From the NCBI GenBank assembly GCA_043228905.1, contig JBHGNT010000009.1, forward strand, positions 12,896,001-12,960,000: 64,000 nucleotides of DNA, written 5' to 3'. This stretch comes from Azolla caroliniana (lineage: Eukaryota > Plantae > Polypodiophyta). The notes below the pieces were generated by a model that saw only the letters and a list, made by a program, of their open reading frames with translations, did not search any database and was not told the origin of the DNA. This document shows, piece by piece, positions 23,951 through 37,251 of this stretch (position 1 is the first letter of the stretch; the number at the start of each line of letters is the position of its first letter). The translations under genes and the position numbers were made by a program.

Positions 23951-25850
23951 ATTTTCCTTCTTCACCCATTCGGTTGCCTGCTTCCGGATGGCTTCTTGAG
24001 TTTCCCACTCCGTGGCTTTGCCTTTTGATCTTGTAGTGACTTGTTGTATGTCCGCGACTTCCGCGTCTACCATGTTCACCGCTGGTTGCTTGTCGTAGCT
24101 CTTCACCGGACATTGATTACTATAGTGGCTTTCTTGCCGGCAATAATAGCAGTACGACTTCCGGGTGTTGCTGGATTCAACGTGTGTGCTTGGTTGAGGT
24201 CCTATGGTAAGTCCTTGGTTTTGGTCCGGTTGGCTGCTTGGAGCGCCGTTTTCCGGTTCCCGTGGATGACTCCCCTTTTTGTTGAAATGGCATTTCTTGT
24301 TGAAATTCTTTTTGTTGTGGTAACCTTGACGGGGCTGGTCGTCATACTTGCCATAGTCGTCCCGTCGTTGGTTGTACCCCGTGGAGTGATCCCGCTTGTA
24401 TCTCTCGTACCGTCCATTATAGTCCCGGTATCTATCTTGTCTGTCATACCGGTTATAAGCGTCTCTTTGATCGCTATACCGAACATCTTGTGTCGGTCGG
24501 TAGCGCTCCTCTCGCCGCCAACGTTCTTCTTCTTCTTCTCTGTTGCTTCGTGGTTCAATTTGCCGAACCGGTGGTGCTTGCCAATTTAACAAGTTATACT
24601 CACACCATTCCATTCTGTGGCTTCTAGAGTGGCAGAGCAAGCATTGGGAATGCATGGTGCATTCCAGTGCCGAATGTCCAGCATTCAAGCATGTTGTACA
24701 TTGAATTGCTTGCCGGAAACGAAGGTCCTCATTTGCCGGTAGTGCACGCTGAAGTGCGCCCATGGTTAGCCATGAACTTGAGTTTTCCATTTCCCAAACT
24801 CAGGCGATCACTTGATCTATGCTGCTGGTGCGGAGGTTAATGACGGTGCACACCGTTCGTAAGGGTTCCTGGAGTGCTGCTAAGAATATGGCCTTTGTTT
24901 CTTCCTCTGGTGGTGTCCGGCTGAGCTGGCTGTGGATCCGCTGGAACCGGATGACAAATTGTTGAATTTTCTCTGTTGGTTCCTGTCGAATACTGTAAAA
25001 TAAGCCTACCATTTCCCGTTGTTCCATCTCCTTGTGAAAGAAATGCAAGAATTTTGTCTTGAATGTTTCAAACGTGGGGATGGTGCTGGGATCTTGTGTT
25101 TGGTGCCATCTGGCGGCCGGTCCCTCTAGGCTCATGCCAAACTCTGCCCTTTTTTAGCATTCCTCTTTGGCTACATTTAAGCGTTGGGACACATGGTTTG
25201 CCTCCCAAGTCTGTTGAAACGCATGGACGTGGGCTTCCGCGTCCGGATCATCCCGGTATCTGGGATATTGGAACGGCATATCGTCATCTGGTGTCGGTAC
25301 GCGGGCTGGTGGTGTCAGTGGGCTTTCCTCCTCCTCAGTCAGTGTCGGAGGTCTGTCCCACTCCTCTGTCGGTGTTGGAGGTCTCTCCTCTACGACTTCC
25401 AGTGTCGAAGGTCTCTCGTCCTCGACTTCTGGTTCTGGTTCCGAAGTGTGCTCGACTTCTGGTGTCAGAGGTTCCAGCGTTGTCAATTTTGTTTCCGGTC
25501 TCAGCAAGGTATCTGACTCCTCGTCCTCCGATTCATCTGGGGTGTCGTTACTGCTGCAGTAGTTCGTCTGCGCGCTGTATTCCCCCGTCCGAACCCGATT
25601 CAAATGCCGAAAATACTTCGGATTCGCCTTCGCCCACTGCCAATGCCTGGAGAAGGAATTCCATTTCCTGGAGGTTGTTTAGGCTGCTTCCTTCGTCCGA
25701 GTAGTCGTTTTGTTTTAAACGAAGTGACTCCTGGGCCACTCTCCGAATCACTTTGGAAAATGAGGGATCCGCTCTGATTTCTTCAACCGCTTGCTGGAAA
25801 GCCTCTCGCTTCCTCAGCCGTTCAGCAAGTCTCCTTGCTCGCTCCGTAAC
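23950..25850 (-). pseudogene. gag: Gag with three CCHC knuckles
   Basis: LEGPAARWH, CTTCLNAGHSALEC, CLLCHSRSHRMEWC, CYYCRQESHYSNQC. Confidence 0.85.
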
Positions 25851-25957
25851 CGGGTCATTTGTTCGTCACGTCATCCATTCCCACCGTTGTTCGCTGCGCT
25901 TGTGCAGGAATCGTTGTCGCGATTCTGGACTTTAACTCCTTTGCAGGCTGGGTAACA

Positions 25958-27683
25958 TGGGCTGGACATAAAGTAGTGGTAAACACATTTTCGAAGATTA
26001 AGGATCGGTATTGGTGGAAAGGAATGTATGCGGATATTTAAAGGTATGTGTAATCATGCATTGAATGTCAAATCTATTCTGATTATAGGGTGAGAGATGA
26101 GCTACATCCGACGTACTCGCTTGTATGCATTATAAGTGGATGGTAGATATAGCTCATATGCCACTAGTCGAAATCAAATGAAATACTTGATTCTTGCTCG
26201 GGAGGATTTGTCCAACCAAGTGGAAGCAAGACCTCTCCAAAACAAGGCTGCATCGTCCGTTCTAAAGTTTCTATTAGACGATGTAATTTGTAGATATGGT
26301 AATGTTGGGCAAATTGTAACATATCTAGGGGAGCTTGATTCGGATGAGGTGCAAATGTTCTTCCAAAGATTCAGGATCTGATTGACTCTGACTACTGCAT
26401 ATAATCCAGAGGGAAATGGTAAAGTGGAAAAGGGCCATGGTCCAATTGTGAACGATTTGGTCAAAGCATGTGATGGTAGAATTTCTATGTGGCCTGACAT
26501 GCTACCTTATGCTCTCTGGGCTGATAGATGCACTCATAACTCTATTACAAGATTTATGCCATCGGAACTACTTTTTGGTCAGAAGCCTATTATGCCTACG
26601 GAATGGATGATTCCCACTTGGGGAGTTTTACCTTGGGAAGATCAGATGGAACGTTAAGATTTGTTGGCTATTCAAATTCGTCAATTAGAAAATAGGCTAG
26701 AGGATATAGCTGAAGCTACCAGGAAACAACAAGAGCTTCGATTGAAGAATACGGATCGATTTGACAAGAGACATCGACTTCGGAATATTCCCATTGAAAA
26801 GGGAGATTTGGTTTTGGTGTTTGATAGTAGTCTCGAACATCAACACAAATCTATTCGAAAATTCTCTCGTCGATGATTTGGGTTGTATCGAGTGGTAGAA
26901 GTTCGGCAAAATGGGACATATATTTTATCAGAATTTGATGGAACTCTTCTTCGAATTCCAATTGCTGGTAAACAAAATAAACTCTTTAAACAAAGACCCT
27001 CTCTTATTCCTGACCTTTTGCAGGATGATGGATCAGTGGAAGCTAATTAGAATTGGGAAGAAGATGTGGTCCATGAAGGGGCAACTACAAGTATCCAATT
27101 AGAAGGGGTAACAACAGTTTCATCACACGATACTCATCTAGAAGAGAATGTAAATGAGGAGTTAGCTTTTCGATCAAAAAGGATGAAGATGATTCTCGTG
27201 TCGATTGCGGAATTGAATGAAGATGCTTGGTGTGCATTATATGTTTAAATAAAAGGAAAGAGGAAATTGGTTAATTTTTCTCCACTTGGCACATACCAGA
27301 GGATGTGTAGGTTAGGAGGGGTGCATGTCAGAAAGGAATACAACCGACTAGTGCCACCATGATTCCACACTTGCCTCAACTACAACCACAGATCTCCAAT
27401 TGGTTCAATGACCCAACACTCCTTGGAGATCAGCCTGATTCGACTCATTGGAGATCCACCTGACTCGACTCATTGGAGTTTATTTACATTCTAGTATTAT
27501 TGTTATTATAGATTTATATGAATTATTTTATTGAAACAAATATTGTATAGTCGAAATCATGTAATGTATTGCATGTGCATCTTATAACGCACATGCAAAG
27601 CTTCTCTACATGTGTGCCACATGACCCAGATGGTTTTATATAACACACATGCACAAGGTTCTCTCGGGGGGTGTGCCACACAG
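25958..27683 (+). mobile_element. Integrase, PPT and start of 3' LTR (27326) of the element beginning at 11134
   Basis: AYNPEGNGKVEKGH, LPYALWADR, and AGGAGGGGTGCA|TGTCAG. Confidence 0.85.
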
Positions 27684-29347
27684 TGTCGTGATGTTTCTAA
27701 CACATAGTGTGAAACCACCCTCGAAAAGAAGTAAAATAGTAGTTCAAATAAACTAGTATTGTGAAGTCAACTTTATTGGTAGAAAAAGTACTTTTTCATT
27801 TTCCAAAGATAATTCCTTATAAATAAATGGTCAAAGGATTGAACCTTACAATAAATAATGATGAATATTAAGTTAGAGGCGGTTTTCAAAAGTAAACAAA
27901 AGTAGAGGAAAAGATGGAGAGTGAAAAAAGAAGAAGCGCGCGTGGATATGAGGAGCACAGTAGAGAAAAAAGCTTATAATTTCTTCGTCAAATTTCTAAA
28001 TTAGAAAAGAAAAGATGCATAAGAAAGCTAATCCAAAGAGCTTTCCAAGGATATCTTGCATGTGAAATGTGGTTCTAGAAAACAGAAATAGTGAGGAAAA
28101 GAAAAGTCGACTCATATAGACAAGCTTTTTTTAGGGGGAAAAGGCAAACAATCCTAAACTTATAAATAAGAGCCTATTCTAGTAAAAGAGGGGGGGAGGG
28201 AGAAGGAACACGGAAGCTCTACTCAATTGGAAAGTGGAAGAAGAAGGATCAACAACATCGAGAGGCATCATCAACAAAGAAACTTCTTCTATACTCCACT
28301 CTGTTCTTTCCTCCACCTCTCTTCCCCCATTTATTTATAAACAATCCTTCATATTCGCATCCAACCCATTGTAACATGATTCTTATATTATAAAAGAATC
28401 TATTATATTGATATAAACTAATGTTTTCTTTCATCTACTTGTCTTATGTATAAATCTTGATTGTGCTTATTTGTTATCGTCATTTGTGCTTATTTGTTTG
28501 TGTGTCTTGTGACAAGGGAGCATTCTGGGCTTGCCCATGCACCTCTCCTTTCACAAAGGCATTCAAACCTACATGTCTTATATGTTATCGTCGTTTGTGC
28601 TTATTTCCTTGTGTGTTTGTGCAACTTGTGGCAAGGGAGCGTTCGGGCTTGCCCATGCACCTCTCCTTTCACAAAGGCATTCGAAATTGTTTCTCCCGTG
28701 TGTAAACCTTTCTTGTGGCAAGGGAGCGTTCAGGCTTGCCCATGCACCTCTCCTTTCACAAAGGCGTTCGAAATTGTTTCTCCCGTGTGTAAACCTTTCT
28801 TGTGTGTTCATGCGACTTGTGGCAAGAGAGCGTTCGGGCTTTCCCATGCACCTCTCCTTTCAAAAAGGCATTCAAAATTATTTCTCTCGTGTGTAAACCT
28901 TTCTTGTGTGTTTGTGCGACTTGTGGCAAGGGAGCATTCGGGCTTGCCCATGCACCTCTCCTTTCACAAAGGCGTTCGAAATTGTGTCTCACGGGTATAA
29001 ACTTTGTATGTGTATTCGCGTGTTTTGTTACAAGGGAGCGTTCGGGCTTTCCCCATGCACCTCTCTTTTCACAAAGGCATTCAAAACTCTGTCTCTCGTG
29101 TGTGTAAGTAAGCCTTTTCCTTGTGTGTCCGTGTGTGAGCCTTCCTCGCGTGCCTTCGTTCGCCTTGTGACTAGGGGTTGATTCAGGCTTGCCCATGCAC
29201 CTCTCCTTTTCACAAACACGTTCGAATACTCGTGCCTTGTTTGTGTAAGCCTTCCTTGTGTTGTGCGTGTAAGCCCTATTTCCTTCCCATCCATAACCCC
29301 GGCGGTTCCACCTCACGATCCGCACATAGTGACGGATTTTCATGACA
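27684..29347 (+). mobile_element. Solo LTR nested in another LTR, carrying a roughly 105-bp tandem array at 28480-29260
   Basis: TGTCGTG...CATGACA ends, TATA near 28160, flanks ACAG/ATGG. The host GCCAC...CCCACATG motif is interrupted. Confidence 0.7.
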
Positions 29348-29833
29348 ATGGCCCACATGTAAAAGCATCCATTTAGTATAAGAGGGGAAGATTATTGTCA
29401 TGAGGAGGGGGGGGGGGGGGACAATCAAAAAAACATATTTTGTAAAGGGTTTCTTTTCTTCTCAAGGAAATAGATCATTTCTATTTGGCATTCTTTCTTC
29501 TTCTGTGTTTGAGGGGTAGCTATGTATGGTGTTTTATTCATAACTCTCAATTCTGACGTCCATTTTCAATGTTCTATAATCGTTGAAAAGCTCTTTCTAA
29601 GGGCTTTCCAAACTGTGTCTGCACACTTAATTTCGTTATATAAGTGGAACGATACAAGGATTTTCATCTTCATGGGTATGGTTGCAAGCTACTTGTGGTT
29701 ATTGGGATACTTTCGACTCGACTTCCTACTCTTCCCTTCATTTTTCTTATTTTCTCTCTCCTAGTTCAAAACCCAGTGGTTCCGCTCAAAAATGCCAATT
29801 TCTTTGATGTGACATGATTTGACGATACAACAG

Positions 29834-31130
29834 TTTGGTGGGGGTAGATGTTGTGGAGGATTCCGGCCACTAGGGGAAAAGCTCATAGGATGCGTGTGAA
29901 TAAGGGTTGTATGTATGCACATGAACGAGGTCTTATGTACAAACAAATGTAAATATCAAAATATTAATAAGTACAAGACAACATAGTTAATAGGTACTCA
30001 GGGGTTCGTGGAAAGAGGGAGGAATGGTAGGATGTGATGGCAGAAAATCATGGGAGAATCTCTCACAAGAACGACTGTCATAAGTACCAATGTATCCGAC
30101 TCTCCTTGAGGTATAAAAGCAAAGGAAAGAAATTGTTTTGGGGAGGTTGTTGGGAGAGGGGAAAGGTGTTGTTGAATCGTGTGTCGAAGTGCTATAGGAG
30201 TTTCTGTTCTACTGATTCGGTTAGGTGGTGTGAGGCCTCTGATCACATAGGTAGCCCGTTGTTGTGCCTTTCGGTGCTGGATCATTGTGTGAGTCGGGTG
30301 GGAACTGCTGGGGTTTTGAACCAGGAGGAGGAGGAATTTGAGATGAGTCTAGTTATGAATAAATTGCAAGAAAGCTAGATAGAAACTTGTGAATCCCACA
30401 AGTATAATGTATTTTATTTATCAATGTTTAGATAAGAATATGAATTTAGATTGAATGAGAAGGATATAGAAACCTCGTGAATCCCACGAGTATAGTTTAT
30501 TTATTTTATTAATATTTAAAACCGTAATAATAAATTAGAATAGATTGGAAGAGAAAGATATAGAAAACTTGTGAATCCCACAAGCATAGTTTATTTTATT
30601 AATCATTATTTTTGAACCCTAATGATTTTTCATCCATAATTTTCTCTCCCTTGATTACATTGTGCTCCCCATCCTTATATAGTGATGAGAGAGTCTTAGC
30701 AATCCATGTTTTTTCTCTAACTATGGACTCCATGATTTCTCTATCTATAGACAATATGCTTTCTCTAACCTTATGCGTTTTTTATCGACTATATTGTTTA
30801 TGCACGCTAGATGTGCATGTGTAGCTTTTATCTATCATGCGTTTTTCTTCTAAGTAAAGCTTTTTCCTAGAATATATGCATGAAGTAACCTTTCTATGTG
30901 CGATACCTATTTTTTTAATACTCGTGATGTGTTAGTGTAATGGTAAGGCTTCAAATTATTAAAATAGAGGTATAAGGATCAAATCTTGCCTTATGCATAT
31001 AATATATATTCTCATATTTCTTTCTTTTTCTTCATATTTATTAAATCGGGTACTTTGTACGTTTTTCACGTAGTGTACGAAATACACTACAACACCCTGG
31101 TCTCCCGACGAGAGGCTCACTAGTCCGTGT
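29834..31130 (+). repeat. PPT and degraded or composite LTR sequence (start 29849)
   Basis: TTTGGTGGGGGTAGA|TGTTGTGG, TATA near 30112, three internal GTGAATCCCAC(A/G)AG repeats. Right boundary uncertain. Confidence 0.45.
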
Positions 31131-31839
31131 GTGTTTGTTGAGCTTGAAGCCTTGCTAACTGGTCGAAGGCCATCTCTTTGTATTCCCTCTCTCTGTTTTT
31201 GAACATGTTCGCGTTCAGAAGTGGAAGAATCACACACAATTGGAAGGATACGAAATATTCCATTTGATTTTAGGGATTCTTTAACCATCTCATGAAAAAT
31301 GTGATACCAGTATCACATGTGCTCAAAGACTCAATGGAAAAGCTTAAAATCTCACCATGTGATAAAATCTAGCAAATGTCACAAAATTAAGCCATGTTTT
31401 TTACCATAAAATTAACAACTCATGTTTTTTATAACAAACAATATTCACAAGGAGTGATTGATTTTAAAAAAATTAAGCTTTATATAAATCGAGTTCTTAC
31501 AAGCTTATATTGTTAATCGTTCATGCCAAAAATACAATCAAGAGTTATTCCTCTAATAAGAATCACTACTATAGAGCCTACCTAGTATACAATGGTGACT
31601 CATCCTCCTCCTCATCAGATGTACCAATCAAAGCATTGTCTTCATCTAAAAGCAAATGTTGTGACTCCAAATTATGCGTAGAAGATCTGGTCCGCCTTCG
31701 ATTTGAGAAGCCTTGTAGACTTGTCAATTTCCTTTTTATTATGTCTATTGTTGGCTTCCTTAAATGTCCAACTTTTGTCAATATAAAGTCGTACACAATG
31801 TGTTAGGAATATGTCCCTTCCATGGGAGCCGACAAGTCG

Positions 31840-34030
31840 TGAATAGTAGGACCTTGCTTGTGTCAAGCCACATCCTATCGAGAGCCTAGAGTCATGCGAA
31901 GCGCTTCTCAAATTCTTGTAAAAGTACCATAGTATTTCTCCCCTTGCCGGGAAGCTCAACCCACTCCATTAGATCCCTTTTCGAAATTTTGAGTGAGTCA
32001 TCAAGGCCGTACTTCTCAAGGAGTCTTTCTTCGAACTCCACCCAATTGCAACAGTCCGCTTGGATCTCGAGTACCTCAGTGTGGATACTCGGCGTTACCA
32101 ATCTAGTGAATCCGGTTAGCCGCCTATATTCGGGGACGTTTCGCATAAGCATTTCGGCCTTATAGGCCTCCAAGTAGCTCGTGATATCTCTTCCATTGAA
32201 CCGACCCGATGTGCTGACCACCGTCTCTATGGCCCGGTCTAGGCCGGTGATGCCTTCTCGGGCATTTACCAAGCGGTCCACCCCCGCCGCCATCGCTTTA
32301 GCGAGTTCTCCTCCTTGCATCTTGGTTCTCCCTTGCCTCCCTTTCACATCGGGTTCACCAATTTATGTCGCGAAGTTTCGCGCGCGTGTGTTACTTTGGC
32401 GGGACCACGGGGGTCTTGGACTAGGGAGTACTCAAGGGATAGAGAAGACCCGAGGTTTGGTTTACAATAATACTACTTCCCAACCCCTTCCCGAGCAAGG
32501 TCTCGTTGACCTTTGTTTTGTGAGGCCGGTGGCTCTCGTTGATCACGACTCGTCGACCTTTCGAGATCACCGCACAAGCCAAGTGATCAAACGAGTACAA
32601 GCAAGATGAGCACGCAAGATGAACGCACAAGGAGATGATAACACAAACACGAATGCCTGTACGTCTTTATGAGGAGGAGAGGTGCATGGGCACGCCCAAA
32701 CGCTCCCTCATTACAAGACGTCGAACGTACGAGGAAGACACAAAACACATGCACAAATGCTCATACGCCTTTATGAGGAGGAGAGGTGCAAGGGCACGCC
32801 CAAACACTCCCTCGTTACAAGACGTCGAACGTACAAGGAAGACACAAAACACACGCACAAATGTTCGTACGCCTTTATGAGGAGGAGAGGTGCATGGGCA
32901 AGCCCGAAACAGTCCCTCGTCGCAAGACGGCTGAACATACAAGGAAGACACAAACACAAGCACAAAATGCTCATACGCCTTTATGAGGAGGAGAGGTGCA
33001 TGGGCAAGCCCGAAACAGTCCCTCGTCACAAGACGTCCGAACGTACAAGGAAGACACAAACACACGCACAAATGCTCGTACGTCTTTATGAGGAGGAGAG
33101 GTGCATGGGCACGCCCGAAACGCTCCCTCGTCACAAGATGGCCGAACGTACAAGGAAGACACGAACAAAGAAAGAAGGAAAGAAAGAAACACGAATGATA
33201 TCAGCCAAAGAAATAAATGTGTTCGATTCCAACGCAAGAGGACACCCTTTATAAAATAGGGTTTGATTACAATGGCAACTTATAGTTAACCACAAGCTCA
33301 ATCAAAACATAAATACTAAATGCCCTTAGAGACAAGAGCAAATCCGAACACGGTGAAGATGAACACATGAGCACCATCAAAATGCCAATCCCAACGAACC
33401 ACGACCACCCGAACGGCGAGCACACGGGCTCGCAACGACGAACGGGGCAGAGCAACGTCAAACCAATGAAGCTTGGGCTCACGAGCACTTCGAGTGCCGA
33501 CGCGAAGAAGACGAGCACGTGGCGGTGGGGGGATGAAGGGGTATGAGATGAAGAGAAGTGGTGAATAAGAAGATGAAGAGCTCCGAAGGAAAATTGGTGA
33601 TAGTCTCCTCCTCCCAAATGAGCCCCCCTCGACCTTCTTTTATAGGAAAAAAAGAAGGGGGGTCGCCAATTTTGTCTTCAATGAAAAAGGAATAAAATTC
33701 CTTAAATCACGTTGCACTATAAGACTAGATTTGAACCATGCACCTCTAGCAAGTAGTCAATGTGACTATCCACTAGCCCACTAACTCTCCCTTATGCAAT
33801 ATATAATTCTATCTCTATAAATGCTTAGCCTGTCTCTCCTCTACATTTTATCTCTCTTCTCTCTTACTTTTTGCACAGGCTTCTATGCATCCTTTCCACC
33901 CTTTCTTTTCCCTTTTATTTTGCATATGCACAACTAATCGCTTTTGTGTGCACACACATTGCACATGCACATTTTTTACCCCCCCCCTTTCGCCGGTTTT
34001 TCCCACTCTCGAGCACGCCACATCACGAAA
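31840..34030 (-). mobile_element. 5' part of a Trp-primed Ty3/gypsy element: LTR 32366 to about 34030, PBS 32344-32360, gag start 31860-32330
   Basis: CGCGACA TAAAT TGGTGAACCCGATGTGA, gag FNGRDITSYLEAY, roughly 105-bp array at 32640-33165. The outer LTR end (CATCACGAAA) is tentative. Confidence 0.8.
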
Positions 34031-36498
34031 CCGCGTACGTTGTGTTGATTAAGCTTTCCATTAAACCTTCCTTATCTTCCTTGTCTCGTGTCTTTTATTT
34101 GTTGTTACCCGGTTGTGTCTTTTTCATGGTATCAGAGCGCGAGGGTTGAGATCCTCTTCTGCTAACAAACAGACAAACCCTAATCACGGTGAAGAACAGA
34201 AGAAGGAAAGAATGGATAGAGGAATGGCTAGCTCGCTTCTGACGGAGAAGCTCAACAAAAGCAACTACGCATGTTGGTCGTACAAGATGCACCAGTACCT
34301 ACTCGGGCATGGCTAAAGGAGTTATGTCAATGGAGGTAATGGTGCAGCACCCGAATCGACACACAAAGATTTCCCAGCCTGGGAACAGGCAGGAAGCAGA
34401 GTTCTGAACTGCTTCGCATCATGTGTGAGCGATCAACTTCTGAGCTACATTCTGGATGCGAGGACGCCAAAGGATGCTTGGGGAAATCTGAAAAAGATTT
34501 TCGTTGCTAGCAACACAGCCAAAAAGCTCCAACTTAGGCAAGAGTTGGGCAATGTTTTGACGGGAACTCAATGCTCCTTATGCACAACGCTCGGCCACAA
34601 CCGAGCTTAGAATGATACACAGAAAAACGGGAAATAAAACACGACACAAAGAAGAGGAAGATACACAGGAGATTTACATGGAAAACCCCAAACTAGGGGA
34701 AAAACCACGGCAGCCCACAGGCTGCAAACTGTCACTATGTAAGAATGTACAACAGTGAGTTCACTGAGGCAACGACCTCGTGCTCACAGATCTTCACCAC
34801 AGGCGGCGGTTACAGCAGAGGCAACGACCTCTTTCTCTCTCTCTCTCTGTACACGGTTACGCGCTCTCTCTGTACTTTTTCAACAAGAATGACAACACAC
34901 ACTAAAAGTTTGCCCTAAGTCATATTTATACTAATATGACTTTTCAGCTATTTACAAATATACCCACGGTGGGCTCTTCAGAAAACATATTTACGAATAT
35001 GTCTCTTCATCCGGAGAGCATTCCTCACCGGGTCTACGCCATTCGGCTCTCCGTAGCCGGGTACTCCTCATCCGGTCCTCACCGGGTCTGCATCATCCGG
35101 CTCTCCGTAGCCGGGTACTCCTCATCCGGTCTTCACTGGGTCTGCGCCATTCGGCTCTCCGTAGCCGGGTACTCCTCATCCGGTCCTCACCGGGTCTGCA
35201 TCATCCGGCTCTCCGTAGCCGGGTACTCCTCATCCGGTCTTCACCGGGTCTGCATCATCCGGCTCTCCGTAGCCGGGTACTCCTCATACGGTTTCTCTTC
35301 AGCACTGTTCTTTTCTCTTCCCATCTGGAGGGACCTGTCTCCGAACATGTTTGACAACGAGATATGTCGGTGGCTGATTACACCTCCAAGATCAAGGCCA
35401 TCTACAACTCTCTCGCCTTCGTCGATGTAAACGTCGAGGACGACGAAACGGTGTCGATCTGCCTCATAGGGTTAGCATCGAAGTTCGGAGCTTTCTGAAC
35501 TGCGGTCTGTATGAGGGAGAATACGCCATCGTTTTTCGACTTACAGTCGATTCTCTTGGTAGATGAGAACCACGCGGGTGCGTCAATGAGTACGCACGCC
35601 GACAGCAAGATGTTGTTCACATAGGAAGATAGGCCCTGTGGTCGTGGTTGATGACGCAAGTCGGCGTGCAATGGAGGCGGCCGACAAGAGCAAGATGGAA
35701 GGCATGGTCGTAATGCCAATAGTAGTTTCGGATCCTCCGGAAGCAGGGGGAGTCAAGGCGATGCTGAAAACCGGCAAGGAAAGTCTGCCACGGAATGCTG
35801 GTATTGTGGCAAGAAAGGCCACAAGGAGAGCAAGTGTTGAAAGAAACGTGCCGATTCGGAGAAAATCGCATCCGGCTCCGAGCGGACCGAACAAGGAAAT
35901 CAGCAACGATCGTACTACGTTGAAGGCTCCGAACGAGCCGAAAATGGATCGGGCCCAACCTTCGTAATGAAGCACAAGGCCAATTCGATGGTAGTGAACA
36001 CCTCGAAACCGAATGAGGTGTGGTATGTTGACTCCAGAGCGTCAAATCATATGACAAGTCACAAGGAATGGTTCTCGTCACAAGGCAACAAGGGCAATGC
36101 TTGAAGAGAAGTATCTACTGAAGTTCTATTGGGTCGAAGCGATCAGAACAGTCGTGTACCTCCAGAATCAGGCATCTACCAATGGAGGAGTGTCGCCACA
36201 TGAGTTGTACTTCAAGAAGAATCCGAACTTGGCACACTTGAGGGTTTTCGGTACAATCGCTTATGTGCATGTGCCGAAGGAGAAACAGAGGAAGCTGGAC
36301 GCCAAAGCCGAGAAGTGTATCTTGGTTGGCAACTCGGACGAACAGAAGGGTTATAAGTGTTATAATCCCCAAACCAAACAAGCTCGCGTAAGTCGTGATG
36401 TTGTGTTCGACGAGTCCGCGTCGTGGTACTTGCCTTCACCTCCAACCCCTGACGACTCCATTCTAATCTTTGACGAAGAGGTGAGTGAGGCTGAAATC
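34031..36498 (+). mobile_element. Host Ty1/copia element (LTR end 34126, PBS 34127-34138, gag, protease, deleted integrase), continued at 47154-47558
   Basis: TTTCA TGGTATCAGAGC (tRNA-iMet), EKLNKSNYACW, CWYCGKKGHKESKC, WYVDSRASNHMT, KLDAKAEKCILVG. Confidence 0.88.
34558..35347 (-). mobile_element. Solo copia LTR with 54-bp tandem repeats, TSD TGTTT
   Basis: Homologous to the reverse complement of 36499-37222, with a perfect 5-bp TSD. Confidence 0.92.
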
Positions 36499-37251
36499 TG
36501 TTGGGAGACAGGTCCCTCCGGATGCGAAGGGAGAAGAACAGTGCTGATGAACATACTCGGCCGAGGCCGAAACCGTATGAGGAGTACCCGGCTACGGAGA
36601 GCCGGATGGTGCAGACCCGGTGAAGACCGAATGAGGAGTACCCAGCTACGGAGAGCCGGATGGTGCAGACCCGGTGAAGACCGGATGAGAAGTACTCGGC
36701 TACGGAGAGCCGGATGGTGCAGACCCGGTGAAGACCGAATGAGGAGTACCCGGCTACAGAGAGCCGGATGGTGCAGAGCCGGTGAGAAGTGCTCACTGGA
36801 TGAAGAGACATATTCGTAAATATGTTTCTGAGAGCCCATCATGGCTATATTTGTAAATAGTCGAAAAGTCATATTAGTATAAATATGACTTAGGGCAAAC
36901 TTTTATGTTGTTGTTGTCATTCCTGTTGGTGCAGGGAGAGAGAGAGTGCATAACTGTGTACCTCTGTTGTAACCGCCACCTGTGGCGAGGATCGTGAGCA
37001 CGAGGTCGTTGCCTCCGTGAACTCACTGTTGTACATTCTAACATAGTGATAGTTTGCAGCCTGTGGGCTGCCGTGGTTTTTCCCTTAGTTTGGGTTTTCC
37101 ACGTAAACATCCTGTGTACCCTCCTCTTCTTTGTGTCTTGTTTTATTTCCCGGTTTTTGTGTATGATTTTAAGCTCGGTTGTGGCCAAGCGTTGCGCATA
37201 AGGAACGTTGTAGTTCCCGTCAAGTGGTATCAGAGCGAAACGACACAGAAA

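Larger units (their letters stand above)
13230..25957 (-). mobile_element. Ty3/gypsy element with extra 3' ORF: 3' LTR 13230-13678, 5' LTR reduced to 25930-25957, 5-bp TSD TGGGT/TGGGC
   Basis: Termini TGTTA...TAACA. Removing the element restores the host integrase HWAGH motif. Order gag-PR-RT-RH-(IN)-ORF3 on the minus strand. Confidence 0.85.

Noticed and set aside
28480-29260. CRISPR-like repeat-spacer appearance
   Set aside because: The spacers are homologous to each other, the array lies inside a plant LTR, and there are no cas genes.
34936-36872. ORFs with 18-aa repeats
   Set aside because: Translations of the 54-bp LTR repeat.
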